From: Candidatus Moraniibacteriota bacterium
Lineage (GTDB): Bacteria; Patescibacteriota; Minisyncoccia; Moranbacterales; UBA2206
DNA: 64,000 bases
Assembly: GCA_013334765.1 (NCBI GenBank)
Contig: JAAXWW010000001.1
Location: forward strand, 108,589 to 172,588
Direction: 5' to 3'
The notes under the pieces are model-generated. The model did not search any database. It saw only the letters and a list, made by a program, of their open reading frames with translations, and was not told the DNA's origin. Within the stretch, counting starts at the first letter, position 1, and every line of letters starts with the position of its first letter. The translations under genes and the position numbers were made by a program. This document shows positions 34,204-43,724 of this stretch, piece by piece.

Positions 34204-34260
34204 TTGCTTCGATTCGCATGATATAATGAATGCACTAAACAAAATTCATTTCAAAAAAAT

Positions 34261-35049
34261 ATGGAACAGGAAACAAATCAGAGCGAGGAAAAAAATTGGA
34301 AGAAATACAAGATCGCAATCAGGTTTTTCGGCATGCTGATTCTGGGCGCGATAGTCATCGTTTCCATCCTGCGCGAGAGGATCGTCAATCCGCCGCAGAA
34401 CAGGGTGACGGTTGCCGGCGAGGGGAGGGTGGAATATTCTCCCGATCAGGCGACCATAACTCTCGGCGTTCAGGTCTTCAAGGCTCCGACAGCGCAGGAT
34501 GCCTTGAATCAGCTCAACGACAAGATGAAAAGCGTCACTTCTTCAATAAGGAGCGCCGGAGTGGACGACAAGGATATCAAGACCGATACGTATTCGTTGA
34601 GCCCGCAATACGATTATGCTGACGGGACAAGCACCGTTTCCGGATATAACGCCAATCAGAATCTTGAAATCAAAGCCAAAGATATCAAGAAGAACAGCGC
34701 GCTTGTCGCGAGCATCATCCAGGCCGCTTCATCCCAGGGGGTGAACCGGGTACTAGGCGTTGATTTCGATACGTCTGATCTGGAAAGCTTCAAGCAAGAG
34801 GCGAGAGTGAAAGCTATCGAAGATGCCAAGAAGAAAGCGGATGAGCTTTTCAAGTCAGCCGGAATGCGGGAAGGAAAAGTCGTCGGGTGGCATGAGAATT
34901 CAGTGAACATTCCATGGACATATGGCAGGAATTATGATGCGATGGGCGGATCTCTTACGGATTCGGCTAAGGCGGTATCAGTTCCGGAAGTGCCATCAGG
35001 AACCCAAGAAGTGGTCGTCGAAGTCGGCGTGGATTATGCCGCGAACTAG
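34261..35049 (+). CDS. SIMPL-domain (DUF541 / BP26-like) protein
   Basis: N-terminal TM then 'VTVAGEGRVEYSPDQATITLGVQV', characteristic of the SIMPL/DUF541 family. Confidence 0.65.
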   Translation: MEQETNQSEEKNWKKYKIAIRFFGMLILGAIVIVSILRERIVNPPQNRVTVAGEGRVEYSPDQATITLGVQVFKAPTAQDALNQLNDKMKSVTSSIRSAGVDDKDIKTDTYSLSPQYDYADGTSTVSGYNANQNLEIKAKDIKKNSALVASIIQAASSQGVNRVLGVDFDTSDLESFKQEARVKAIEDAKKKADELFKSAGMREGKVVGWHENSVNIPWTYGRNYDAMGGSLTDSAKAVSVPEVPSGTQEVVVEVGVDYAAN

Positions 35050-35116
35050 ATATATATGAAATCGAAAATAAGAAGCGATACGCAAGTATCGCTTTTTTTG
35101 ATTATGATATGGATAT

Positions 35117-35292
35117 CGTCATCCTGAGCGGAATGACGAAACGATAGCGGAGGAATGAAGTCGAAGGATCTAGCAATGAAAATTTCTATGATTGTATATG
35201 AGGGAAGATTTCTGTGCCGCCGCTAAAGCTTTGGCGACACGCGGTCGACTTCGCTTCCTGCCTGCTGGCAGACGCTTCGCTCAAAATGACAT
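35117..35292. repeat. MITE-like palindromic element, copy C (between the SIMPL gene and the dnaE 3' end)
   Basis: cgtcatcctgagcgg...gaagtcgaaggatct...ggcgacacgcggtcgacttcgcttcctgcctgctggcagacgcttcgctcaaaatgacat. Confidence 0.6.
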
Positions 35293-35295
35293 TTT

Positions 35296-38200
35296 TTATG
35301 CACTGACTTTGACTTTCACCTCAGGCGCTATCAAGCTCAATTCCTCTTCGATTTTTTCGGAAAGGGCTATGGAATAATTGGTCTTCACTTTCTTGCCGCT
35401 TATCCATAGGTATATTTTCACGTCTCCCTTTTCGCAGTTGGCGAAATAGTCTGAAAGGCTCTTGATGGCAGAGGGATCGATGCTTGCCGGGAGGACCACT
35501 TCCGCGGAGGCTTCCGGCGCTTCCGATTTCGGAACGAAAGCGTCGCCGTTAGCTTTCCTGGTTTCCAGGATGCGGCGGAACCTTTCGACTTCCTGATTGT
35601 TGACCGCGCTGGCGCTGTCGACCAGGAATTTCGCGCTTCCGTCCTTGTCGGATATCTTTCCTGACGCGAGGATTATCTTGTCTTCCACCCAAAGGGAAGC
35701 TGATTCTTCAAGGATCTTGGGGAAAACGATGAACTCTATGGATGACTCCGTGTCTTCTATGGTCACGAACATCATGGCTTTGCCGGTTTTAAGATATATT
35801 TTCTTGGTCTTGGTTATGATGCCTCCGAGATTGACGCTCTTTCCAGCGAGATGGCTGCCGATATTCCTGAGCGGAACGGCCATATGCTCGAAATATTCCT
35901 TGTATTCATGCATGGGGTGATCGCTGATGTATAGTCCCATGAGTTCCTTTTCCCAGGCGAGGCGCTGTTTTTTGTCAGCAGGAATGGCCGCGACCAGCTG
36001 GATTTCCGGCAAGGTAGCCTCGATGTCGCCGAAAAGGCTTATCTGGGCTGAGTTCCTGACATTATTAAAGTTCTTGATGTGGGTGATGATGTTTTCGACG
36101 GATTGGATTATCTGGTTCCTTTCTCCCATCATATCGAGCGCTCCGACTTTCGCCAGCGCCTCGATGGATTTCTTGTTCAAATCTTTCGTGTCGACTCTTT
36201 CCGCCAGGTCGCGCAGGCTTTTGAATTTCCCGTTCCTCTTCCTTTCCTCAACGATTTCATGCGCGACCGTGCGGCCGACATTCTTGATGGCATTCAGTCC
36301 GAACCTGATCTTGTTCCGCCGGCTGGCGGATTCCTCCTCGCCTTTTATGACCGCGAATTCCTCGAAGCTCTCATTCACGTCGGGTGGAAGGACTTCGATG
36401 CCCATTTCACGGCATTCCGAAACCTCGATTGCCACGCGATCGATATCGTCCTGATCGGAAGTGAGAAGGGCTGCCATGAATTCGGCAGGGAAATGAGCTT
36501 TGAGATAGGCGGTCTGATAGCCGATAAGGCCATAGCAGGCGGCATGCGAACGGTTGAATCCGTATCCGGCGAAAGGTTCGATATATGCGAAGACTTCTTC
36601 TGCCACTTTCTTGGTGATGCCGTTGGCGACGCATCCCTCGACGAATTTTATCTTCTGCTCCTTGATGAGATCGAAAATCTTCTTGCCGACCGCTTTCCTG
36701 AGAACGTCAGCTTCGCCGAGCGTGAATCCGGCAAGCGCCTGAGCGATCTGCATGATCTGCTCCTGATATACTGCTACGCCATAGGTTTTCCCCAGGATCG
36801 ATTCCAGTTTCGGATGGAGATAGGTTATTTTCTTTTCGCCGTGCTTCCTGGCAATAAAGTCTGGAATCCAATCCATCGGACCCGGGCGATAGAGGGCGAC
36901 CATAGCGATGACATCTTCAAGGTCGTTGGGTTTCAAGAGTTTCAGATATCTTTTCATGCCGGAACTTTCAAGCTGGAACACTCCGGTGGTCTGTGCTTTC
37001 TGAAGAAGCTCGAAAGCCTTCTCATCATCAAGAGGTATCTTGTCTATATCAACGTCTATGCCTTTCGTTTTCTTGACTATTCGGAGGGTGTTCTGGATGA
37101 TGGTGAGATTCTTGAGTCCCAAAAAGTCCATTTTGAGAAGGCCGATCTTTTCCACGAAACTGGATTTGGTCGATGAGGAATATTGTGTCACGCAGCCTTC
37201 CCCTTTGCCTTGGATTTTCTGAAGAGGAGAATATTCCGTGACGGGTTCCGGCGTGATGACTACTCCGCAAGCATGCATGCCGGCATGGCGCACCACTCCT
37301 TCGAGCCGCTTGGCGCTGTCGATCAGCTTCTTGGCATCGGGACCGCTGTCGTAGAGGTCTTTGAATTCCTTCACTTCTTCCAATGCTTTCGAGATGGAAG
37401 AGAACATCGGGATCATCTGGGAAGTCTTGTTGCAGAAATCATAGGGGAGACCGAGAGCCCGTCCGGTGTCGCGGATGGCAGCGCGGGCTGCCATGGTTCC
37501 GAAGGTGATGATCTGGGCGACATGGTCATTGCCATATCTCCTTCTGACATAATCCAGAACGTCGTCGCGCCTGTCGTCAGCGAAGTCCATATCGACATCG
37601 GGCATGGAGATCCTTTCCGGATTGAGGAACCTTTCGAACAGAAGGTCATACTTGATCGGATCCATGTTGGTGATGCCGACAAGATAGGACACGAAGCTTC
37701 CGGCGGCGCTTCCGCGTCCCGGTCCGGTGACGATGCCGTTGTCCTTGGCCCAGTTCACGAAATCCTGGACGATAAGGAAGTATGACGCATAGCCGGTCTT
37801 CTCGATGACCGAAAGCTCGTATTCCATGCGGTCCCTCTGTTCTTTGGTGATATCCTGGTCGCCGTATCTTTTTATGAGCCCTTCTTCGCACATCTGTCTC
37901 AGGAAGCTCATAGGAGTATGACCATCGGGAACATCGAAATGGGGGAGCTTGGTTTCGCCGAGCTTCAGTTTGAACTCGCAAAGGTCGACTACTTTCTGGG
38001 TATTGGAAAGAACCTCCGGATTATCCGGGAAACCGGCTGCCACTTCCTCCGGGCTCCTGAGAGACAGATTGAAATCCATAAGGTTCATGCGGTTGGTCTC
38101 ATCCACTTTGCGGTTGGTCTGCACGCAAAGGAGGATATCCTGCGCCGATGCGTCTTCCTTGCGGACATAATGGACATCGCAGGTCGCGACTACCAGCAGG

Positions 38201-38808
38201 TCAAGCTCTTTAGCTAGCTTGAAAATTCCTTTATTGGCGATTTTCTGGGGCTCGAAATTGGGATGATCCTGCACTTCCAGAAAGAAGCTGCCTTCATCGA
38301 AAATATCCTTGTATTCCAGTGCAAGATTCTTGGCTTTCTCGTAGTCTCCAGTAATAATGGCGACAGGAATTTCTCCCTCAGCGCACGCGCTCAGTCCCAC
38401 GAGCCCTTTAGCATATTGCCGCAGGACCTTGCGGTCGATGCGCGGCTTGTAATAGAACCCGTCGAGGTGGGCGATGGAAACCAGCTTCATGAGGTTGTGA
38501 TAGCCTTCCTCGTTCTTGACCAGCAGGATGAGATGATGGCGCTTCCTGTCTTCGGCAGTCGGATTCTTGCTGTGAAGGTCGTTGGCGGTTATATACATCT
38601 CGCAACCGATGATCGGCTTGATTCCTTTTTCTTTGGCTTTGATGAAAAGCTCCACTGCGCCATACATGACCCCGTGGTCGGTGAGGGCGATCGAATCCAT
38701 GCCGAGCTCCTTGGCGCGGTCAATAAGGTCGTCGATCTTCCCGAGGCCGTCGAGCAGGGAATAGTGGGAATGGACGTGGAGGTGGGTGTATTTCAATTGT
38801 TCAGGCAT
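35296..38808 (-). CDS. dnaE: DNA polymerase III alpha subunit
   Basis: PHP domain 'LHVHSHYSLLDG', polymerase core, OB-fold; 1170 aa. Confidence 0.9.
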   Translation of the reverse strand: MPEQLKYTHLHVHSHYSLLDGLGKIDDLIDRAKELGMDSIALTDHGVMYGAVELFIKAKEKGIKPIIGCEMYITANDLHSKNPTAEDRKRHHLILLVKNEEGYHNLMKLVSIAHLDGFYYKPRIDRKVLRQYAKGLVGLSACAEGEIPVAIITGDYEKAKNLALEYKDIFDEGSFFLEVQDHPNFEPQKIANKGIFKLAKELDLLVVATCDVHYVRKEDASAQDILLCVQTNRKVDETNRMNLMDFNLSLRSPEEVAAGFPDNPEVLSNTQKVVDLCEFKLKLGETKLPHFDVPDGHTPMSFLRQMCEEGLIKRYGDQDITKEQRDRMEYELSVIEKTGYASYFLIVQDFVNWAKDNGIVTGPGRGSAAGSFVSYLVGITNMDPIKYDLLFERFLNPERISMPDVDMDFADDRRDDVLDYVRRRYGNDHVAQIITFGTMAARAAIRDTGRALGLPYDFCNKTSQMIPMFSSISKALEEVKEFKDLYDSGPDAKKLIDSAKRLEGVVRHAGMHACGVVITPEPVTEYSPLQKIQGKGEGCVTQYSSSTKSSFVEKIGLLKMDFLGLKNLTIIQNTLRIVKKTKGIDVDIDKIPLDDEKAFELLQKAQTTGVFQLESSGMKRYLKLLKPNDLEDVIAMVALYRPGPMDWIPDFIARKHGEKKITYLHPKLESILGKTYGVAVYQEQIMQIAQALAGFTLGEADVLRKAVGKKIFDLIKEQKIKFVEGCVANGITKKVAEEVFAYIEPFAGYGFNRSHAACYGLIGYQTAYLKAHFPAEFMAALLTSDQDDIDRVAIEVSECREMGIEVLPPDVNESFEEFAVIKGEEESASRRNKIRFGLNAIKNVGRTVAHEIVEERKRNGKFKSLRDLAERVDTKDLNKKSIEALAKVGALDMMGERNQIIQSVENIITHIKNFNNVRNSAQISLFGDIEATLPEIQLVAAIPADKKQRLAWEKELMGLYISDHPMHEYKEYFEHMAVPLRNIGSHLAGKSVNLGGIITKTKKIYLKTGKAMMFVTIEDTESSIEFIVFPKILEESASLWVEDKIILASGKISDKDGSAKFLVDSASAVNNQEVERFRRILETRKANGDAFVPKSEAPEASAEVVLPASIDPSAIKSLSDYFANCEKGDVKIYLWISGKKVKTNYSIALSEKIEEELSLIAPEVKVKVSA

Positions 38809-39024
38809 ATTTTTGCATGTATGGATTGGATAAAATAAAAACCACTATCTGAATGAATAGCAGTTCAAGCGAATTTTGAATCGGATGTTTTCATATTCTT
38901 TCGTTTCCTCATAGCCCGGAGCTAAGTCGCTAGGTTTTGCAGGAAAGGTTAAGTGGTTTGATTATAGCATGAGTCGGGGAAAACCGATACTGGATAAAAG
39001 ATACTCAAGGAGTATACTGAGGAT

Positions 39025-39744
39025 ATGGCTAGAATAATCGCAAATTTCGATTTGGAAAAAGATCTTCTTGAAAAGGGGTATGGCCTTCTGATAGGCATCG
39101 ACGAGGCGGGAAGGGGGCCGCTGGCAGGGCCGGTGGTGGCCGCGGTGGCGTGTCTCAAAAATGAGAACTGGGATTTCATTTCGGAAATCGAATCTTCAGA
39201 GAACGACAAGGACAAATGGCATCTGGTGCGGGATTCCAAGACTTTGTCAGAGCGCCAGCGCGACATGGCATTCGATTTCGTCAGGGAAAATTTCCACGTC
39301 GGCATCGGCATTTGCGATCATGAGACGATTGACCGGATGAATATCTTGGAAGCGACATTCCTGGCTATGAAAAAAGCGCTTACGGAATTTTCCAATATCA
39401 CGAAAGAAATGTCCGGCGAGAGGATACTTCTGGTTGACGGGAACAAGGAAATCCCAAGTATCAGCATGGAGCAGAAAGCGATCGTTTCCGGAGACAAACT
39501 AGTGAAGTCAATCGCTGCCGCTTCGATAATCGCCAAAGTTACCAGGGACCGCATAATGCTTCTGGCTGAGGAGAAATATCCGCACTACGCTTTCAAGAAA
39601 CATAAAGGATACGGAACGAAGCTTCATTTCGAACTGCTTAGGAAGTTCGGGCCTTGCGAGATTCACCGCAAGAGCTTCGATCCAGTGAAAAAGGCAATAA
39701 ATATCCAAGACAGGATGCTCAGTGCCAGGGGAGGAGGATATTGA
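39025..39744 (+). CDS. rnhB: Ribonuclease HII
   Basis: 'GIDEAGRGPLAGPVV' catalytic motif. Confidence 0.85.
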   Translation: MARIIANFDLEKDLLEKGYGLLIGIDEAGRGPLAGPVVAAVACLKNENWDFISEIESSENDKDKWHLVRDSKTLSERQRDMAFDFVRENFHVGIGICDHETIDRMNILEATFLAMKKALTEFSNITKEMSGERILLVDGNKEIPSISMEQKAIVSGDKLVKSIAAASIIAKVTRDRIMLLAEEKYPHYAFKKHKGYGTKLHFELLRKFGPCEIHRKSFDPVKKAINIQDRMLSARGGGY

Positions 39745-39845
39745 ACCTGATCGAGCTGTTTCTAACTTGCATTTTCCTGCAAGCTGGCATAATATATGAC
39801 CAGCTCTTTTTGTGTTATTTAAACCTTCTTAAGGAGGAAAATCGA

Positions 39846-40568
39846 ATGGAAGGGTATATGGATATGAGAGAGTTGGTGGCCACTGTGATTATCGGAAGCG
39901 GCGCATTACGTTTCGGACAGTTCCGGCTCAAGCTTCATGAGAGTAACCCGGAGGCGCCTCTTTCTCCAGTGTATCTCAATCTTCGCACGTCTTTTCACCC
40001 CGATCCGAATAAGCGCGGACCGTTGACGGAGGCTCATTGCAGTATAATTGGTCGGGCCTTGGCAGACATGACGGTCCGCCTTCCGAATTTCCAGGGATTT
40101 GTTGCTGGTTTGCCATACGCGGCCGATCCTTTTGTTGGTGCGGTATCCAATATGCCTGAGTGGTGCGGGCAGATAAGATTTGTCAGTCTGGCAAAATATA
40201 TTGATCCGGAATCCGGTAATCGCTGCATCGTTCCCGAGCGGAAAAACAGCTATCCGGTGGGTCGGAATGTGGTTCTTTGGGATGATCTCATAACCATGGC
40301 CGATTCCAAAATTGAGGCTGCCAACAGTCTCATGCTCATGGGTTGTGATGTGACCGACATCATTGTTCTCGTTGATTGTCAGCAAGGAGGGTCCGAAAAG
40401 CTCGTCAACATGGGTTTTCGCGTTCACTCGATACTGCCCTTTCTCAATTACCTTCTTCCATTTGCCCGTCAAACCGGCTATGTCGAGAAGGATGATTGGG
40501 ACAGGTGCTGCGAATATTTCGGCAGCCAAGGCCATCCCTTATCCGACAATCCCACCGCTTTCGTTTGA
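39846..40568 (+). CDS. pyrE: Type I phosphoribosyltransferase, orotate-PRTase-like
   Basis: 'FGQFRLKLHESNPEAPLSPVYLNLR' (OPRT-like N-terminus) and PRPP loop 'VVLWDDLITMADS'; RBS aaggagg before the ATG at 39846; elevated GC. Confidence 0.45.
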   Translation: MEGYMDMRELVATVIIGSGALRFGQFRLKLHESNPEAPLSPVYLNLRTSFHPDPNKRGPLTEAHCSIIGRALADMTVRLPNFQGFVAGLPYAADPFVGAVSNMPEWCGQIRFVSLAKYIDPESGNRCIVPERKNSYPVGRNVVLWDDLITMADSKIEAANSLMLMGCDVTDIIVLVDCQQGGSEKLVNMGFRVHSILPFLNYLLPFARQTGYVEKDDWDRCCEYFGSQGHPLSDNPTAFV

Positions 40569-40669
40569 ATGCGCGGCTGTTTCCCCTCTCCCCGGACTGT
40601 TCTTACAGTCCGGGGATTTTTTGTCTAGTCAAATTTGCCTTTATTCAGGCTCTGATATAAGATGAAATC

Positions 40670-42262
40670 ATGAAAAACAAGCTCAAAAAAGCAATAGAAA
40701 GCGCCGTTTCAAGCCTCAAGGAAAAATATGGGGCGGATTTCGATCATCTCGAAATCGAGGTCGATTATCCGAAAAACGAAGCGTTCGGGGACTATACGAC
40801 CAACGTCGCCATGATGCTTGGGAAAGTATTGAAAAAGAACCCGATGGAAGTGGCAGAAGAGATTGTCAAAGAGCTGGATGGAAAAATCGACGGTTTTGAA
40901 GCGCCTGAAATAGTGAAGCCGGGATATATCAATTTTCGCTTGGCAGAAGGACGGTTGCAGGAATTGGTTGGCGAAATATCAGAACTCGGAAAAAAATATG
41001 GCGAGAGCGGAATAGGCAATGGGATAAGAATAAATAACGAATTCATATCAGCCAATCCGACCGGACCGCTTCATCTTGGAAACGGACGCGGAGGATTTTT
41101 CGGCGATACTCTTTCAAGGGTTTTCAGGAAAGCTGGATATGAAGTGGTAAATGAATATTATCTGAATGATGCCGGAGAGCAGGTGATGAAGCTGGGGCAT
41201 AGCGTCCTTAAGGATTCCGAGGCAGCCTATGCAGGAGAATATATAGATAATCTTCATGAAAAATTGGGGAATATTTCAGATGTCAGGGAGGCCGGAGAAA
41301 AAGCAGCCAAAGAAATCATTGATAATATAATCAAGAGGATCGTAAAAGAGAAAATGGGCATCCATTTTGATTTGTGGTTTTCAGAAAAAAAACTTCAGGC
41401 TGATGGATATGTCGATAAGGCGATAGAAATATTCAAGGAAAAGGATCTGACTTACGAAAAAGACGAAGCCCTCTGGCTCAAGACGACTGAATTCGGGGAT
41501 GACAAGGATCGTGTGCTTATCAAAAAGGATGGACAGAAGACATATTTCGCATCTGATTGCGGCTATATTCTCAACAAGATGGAAAGGGGATTCGATGTGA
41601 CGATTGAGACCTGGGGAGCGGATCACCATGGATATATCGCGAGGTTCAAGGCTGCAGCCGAAGCTCTCGGATTCAAGGGCGAACTCAGGTTCGTCATTGT
41701 TCAGATGGTCAGGCTCGTGAAAGACGGCAAGGAAGTGAGGATGAGCAAGCGTGCCGGAAATGTCGTTTATATTGACGAGCTTATTGATAAGATTGGAATC
41801 GATGTGGCAAGATTCTTTTTCCTGATGTATTCATGCGATACTCACATGAATTTCGATCTGGGTCTTGCCGAGGAAAGATCGCAGAAAAACCCGGTCTATT
41901 ATGTCCAATACGCCCACGCCAGGATTTCAAGCATTCTCGGAAAGGCGGAAGATGGGAAATTTGGAAACGGAAAAGCGGACCTAGGATTGCTTAAGCATGA
42001 AAAGGAATTAGATCTTATTCGCGAGCTCAACAAATTTCCGGAACTTATCGAGGAGGTGGCAAAGAGCTATGATGTTCACAAGTTTCCGTATTATGCCATC
42101 AAGATCGCTGACAGATTCCATTCTTTCTATAACGACTGCCGAGTGATCGACGAAGAGAATCCGGCTTTGACCACTGCCAGGCTGGAGCTTATAAGATCCG
42201 CTAAGACCGTTCTCGGGGAAGTGCTTGGAATGTTGGGAGTCAGCGCGCCGGAGAAGATGTAG
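40670..42262 (+). CDS. argS: Arginyl-tRNA synthetase
   Basis: Class I 'ANPTGPLHLGNGRGG' (HIGH-type), DALR anticodon-binding C-terminus 'YYVQYAHARISSIL'. Confidence 0.85.
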   Translation: MKNKLKKAIESAVSSLKEKYGADFDHLEIEVDYPKNEAFGDYTTNVAMMLGKVLKKNPMEVAEEIVKELDGKIDGFEAPEIVKPGYINFRLAEGRLQELVGEISELGKKYGESGIGNGIRINNEFISANPTGPLHLGNGRGGFFGDTLSRVFRKAGYEVVNEYYLNDAGEQVMKLGHSVLKDSEAAYAGEYIDNLHEKLGNISDVREAGEKAAKEIIDNIIKRIVKEKMGIHFDLWFSEKKLQADGYVDKAIEIFKEKDLTYEKDEALWLKTTEFGDDKDRVLIKKDGQKTYFASDCGYILNKMERGFDVTIETWGADHHGYIARFKAAAEALGFKGELRFVIVQMVRLVKDGKEVRMSKRAGNVVYIDELIDKIGIDVARFFFLMYSCDTHMNFDLGLAEERSQKNPVYYVQYAHARISSILGKAEDGKFGNGKADLGLLKHEKELDLIRELNKFPELIEEVAKSYDVHKFPYYAIKIADRFHSFYNDCRVIDEENPALTTARLELIRSAKTVLGEVLGMLGVSAPEKM

Positions 42263-42286
42263 ATATTGAGAAAATAATTTATTGCC

Positions 42287-42595
42287 ATGCAGGAATTCTA
42301 CGAACACATAACTTTGGAAGAAGCCAGCAAACTGGCTTTAGAGAATAAGGATAATAAGGATTTCATCATCCTGGACGTGAGGACGCCGCAGGAACTTATG
42401 GGCGGGGTGATCGGGGAACCGGTCAATATCGACATCTATGACTCTGAGTTCGCTGCGAAGATCGGAGCGCTCGACAAAGAGAAGACCTATTTGGTCTATT
42501 GCCGGAGCGGCAACCGCAGCAAGGCGGCCGCGGGACTTATGAAACAGCTGGGCTTCAAGAAGATATATGAAGTCGACAGGGGAATCATGGGCTAG
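42287..42595 (+). CDS. Rhodanese-domain sulfurtransferase
   Basis: Active-site loop 'CRSGNRS'; 102 aa. Confidence 0.75.
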   Translation: MQEFYEHITLEEASKLALENKDNKDFIILDVRTPQELMGGVIGEPVNIDIYDSEFAAKIGALDKEKTYLVYCRSGNRSKAAAGLMKQLGFKKIYEVDRGIMG

Positions 42596-42735
42596 CATTC
42601 AACCTTGCCAAAAATAGGATATTATGCTAGAGTTGCACCAATAAAGCCACTCTGCTGGCTAAATAGTTCTTTGCGTCATATAGCTGCTTTTTGTTTTTCC
42701 CGACGAATCCTTCTAAATTTTTTGGAGGGCAAGAC

Positions 42736-42933
42736 ATGTCTGGATCTGAGATTGATGGCAAATCCGGCGGCAAAAGGTCGTTCAAACGTACCAAGAATTT
42801 CCTCTTGAATATGTATCGGGCAGGCCGGAACGGTTGCAGTATGCTGGCGGACAAATACCGTGGCAAGCTGAACGATCTTGGCTTGACCGATGAGGAGATT
42901 TTCGAGGAACTTGACCGACTTGCTGGTGCTTAG
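42736..42933 (+). CDS. Small hypothetical protein
   Basis: Short ORF; terminator follows directly. Confidence 0.3.
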   Translation: MSGSEIDGKSGGKRSFKRTKNFLLNMYRAGRNGCSMLADKYRGKLNDLGLTDEEIFEELDRLAGA

Positions 42934-42963
42934 CTAGGTTTCTAGCCTAGTCCCAATCTCACA

Positions 42964-43000
42964 AAGGGCGGCGAACGCTTTCGTCGCCCTTTTCTTTTTT
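42964..43000 (+). terminator. Rho-independent terminator
   Basis: aagggcggcga...tcgtcgccctt followed by TTTCTTTTTTT. Confidence 0.55.
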
Positions 43001-43024
43001 TCATTTTCAGGTATTATGTATTTG

Positions 43025-43255
43025 CAAAGATAAAAGCGTTTGAGGAAGGCTATCACCTTCCGAGCTGGGGAAAGAAATGTTTGTCGTAGCATGAAGGCAA
43101 CCCGCCTTCGTCCCGCTGAGCGGGACTACGGCGGGCGAAGTAGAATCTCCCGGGTTTGCCCGTAACAGCTAGAATGAAGCCCTGATTTTTTCGGGGGAAT
43201 TAAGGTGGTACCACGCTATTGGCGTCCTTATGTTGTATTGAGGGCGTTTTTTATT
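43025..43255 (+). promoter_or_regulatory. Putative T-box leader (Ile specifier) for ileS
   Basis: 'aattaaggtggtaccacg' at 43198-43215 matches the T-box consensus AATTAGGGTGGTACCGCG at 16/18; candidate specifier 'ggctATCAcc' at 43048-43057; nested GC hairpins at 43095-43135; T-run at 43246-43252. Confidence 0.4.
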
Positions 43256-43721
43256 AGACTACGAAATACGAAAATATTACAAAAATACAAAAAATGGAGA
43301 CGGGCAAAGTTATTTATAAGGAGTTAAGTTATGAGATAGTCGGTGCTGCTTTTGAAGTTTTTAAAGAGCTTGGACCTGGCTATAAAGAGAAACATTATGA
43401 AGATGCTGTCTCAAAGGAATTTACAAAAAGAAATATAAGCTATAAAAGACAGATACAATATAAATTGCTATATAAAGGAGAATCAATAGGAATGAATCAG
43501 TTTGATTTCCTGATAGATGATAGAATAATCGTAGAGTTGAAACGCGGAGATTATTATTCTAAAAACAATATAGACCAAGTGATCCAATATTTGAAGACGT
43601 CCAAGCTGAAGCTGGCCATTCTCATAAATTTCACATCAACCGGAGTAAAATTCAAACGAATATTGAATATAAAATAGTTTGTAATTTTTGTATTTTTGTA
43701 ATAATTTTGTAATTTTGTAGG
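43256..43721 (+). mobile_element. GxxExxY-gene cassette with TACGAAA/TACAAAA-type inverted repeat arms (copy E3), between the T-box leader and ileS
   Basis: Left arm agactacgaaatacgaaaatattacaaaaatacaaaaa; right arm tttgtaatttttgtatttttgtaataattttgtaattttgtag (imperfect reverse complement). Confidence 0.5.
43294..43677 (+). CDS. GxxExxY protein (PD-(D/E)XK nuclease superfamily), paralog of the 13844 gene
   Basis: 'SYEIVGAAFEVFKELGPGYKEKHYEDAV' and a C-terminus 'KLAILINFTSTGVKFKRILNI' nearly identical to the other copy. Confidence 0.75.
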   Translation: METGKVIYKELSYEIVGAAFEVFKELGPGYKEKHYEDAVSKEFTKRNISYKRQIQYKLLYKGESIGMNQFDFLIDDRIIVELKRGDYYSKNNIDQVIQYLKTSKLKLAILINFTSTGVKFKRILNIK

Positions 43722-43724
43722 AAT

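Noticed and set aside
33471-34235. 254-aa minus-strand ORF in the GC-rich island
   Set aside because: High-GC DNA keeps several frames open. The + strand ORF has an RBS, ATG and a textbook signal peptide, whereas the minus ORF product is Arg/Gly-rich with no start context.
36079-37176. 365-aa plus-strand ORF and neighbours (35597-38838)
   Set aside because: All lie antisense within dnaE (1170 aa, PHP and polymerase motifs).
39654-39845. Upstream 64 codons of ORF 39654-40568
   Set aside because: They overlap the 3' end of rnhB in another frame. A strong RBS (aaggagg) precedes the internal ATG at 39846, where the PRTase homology begins.
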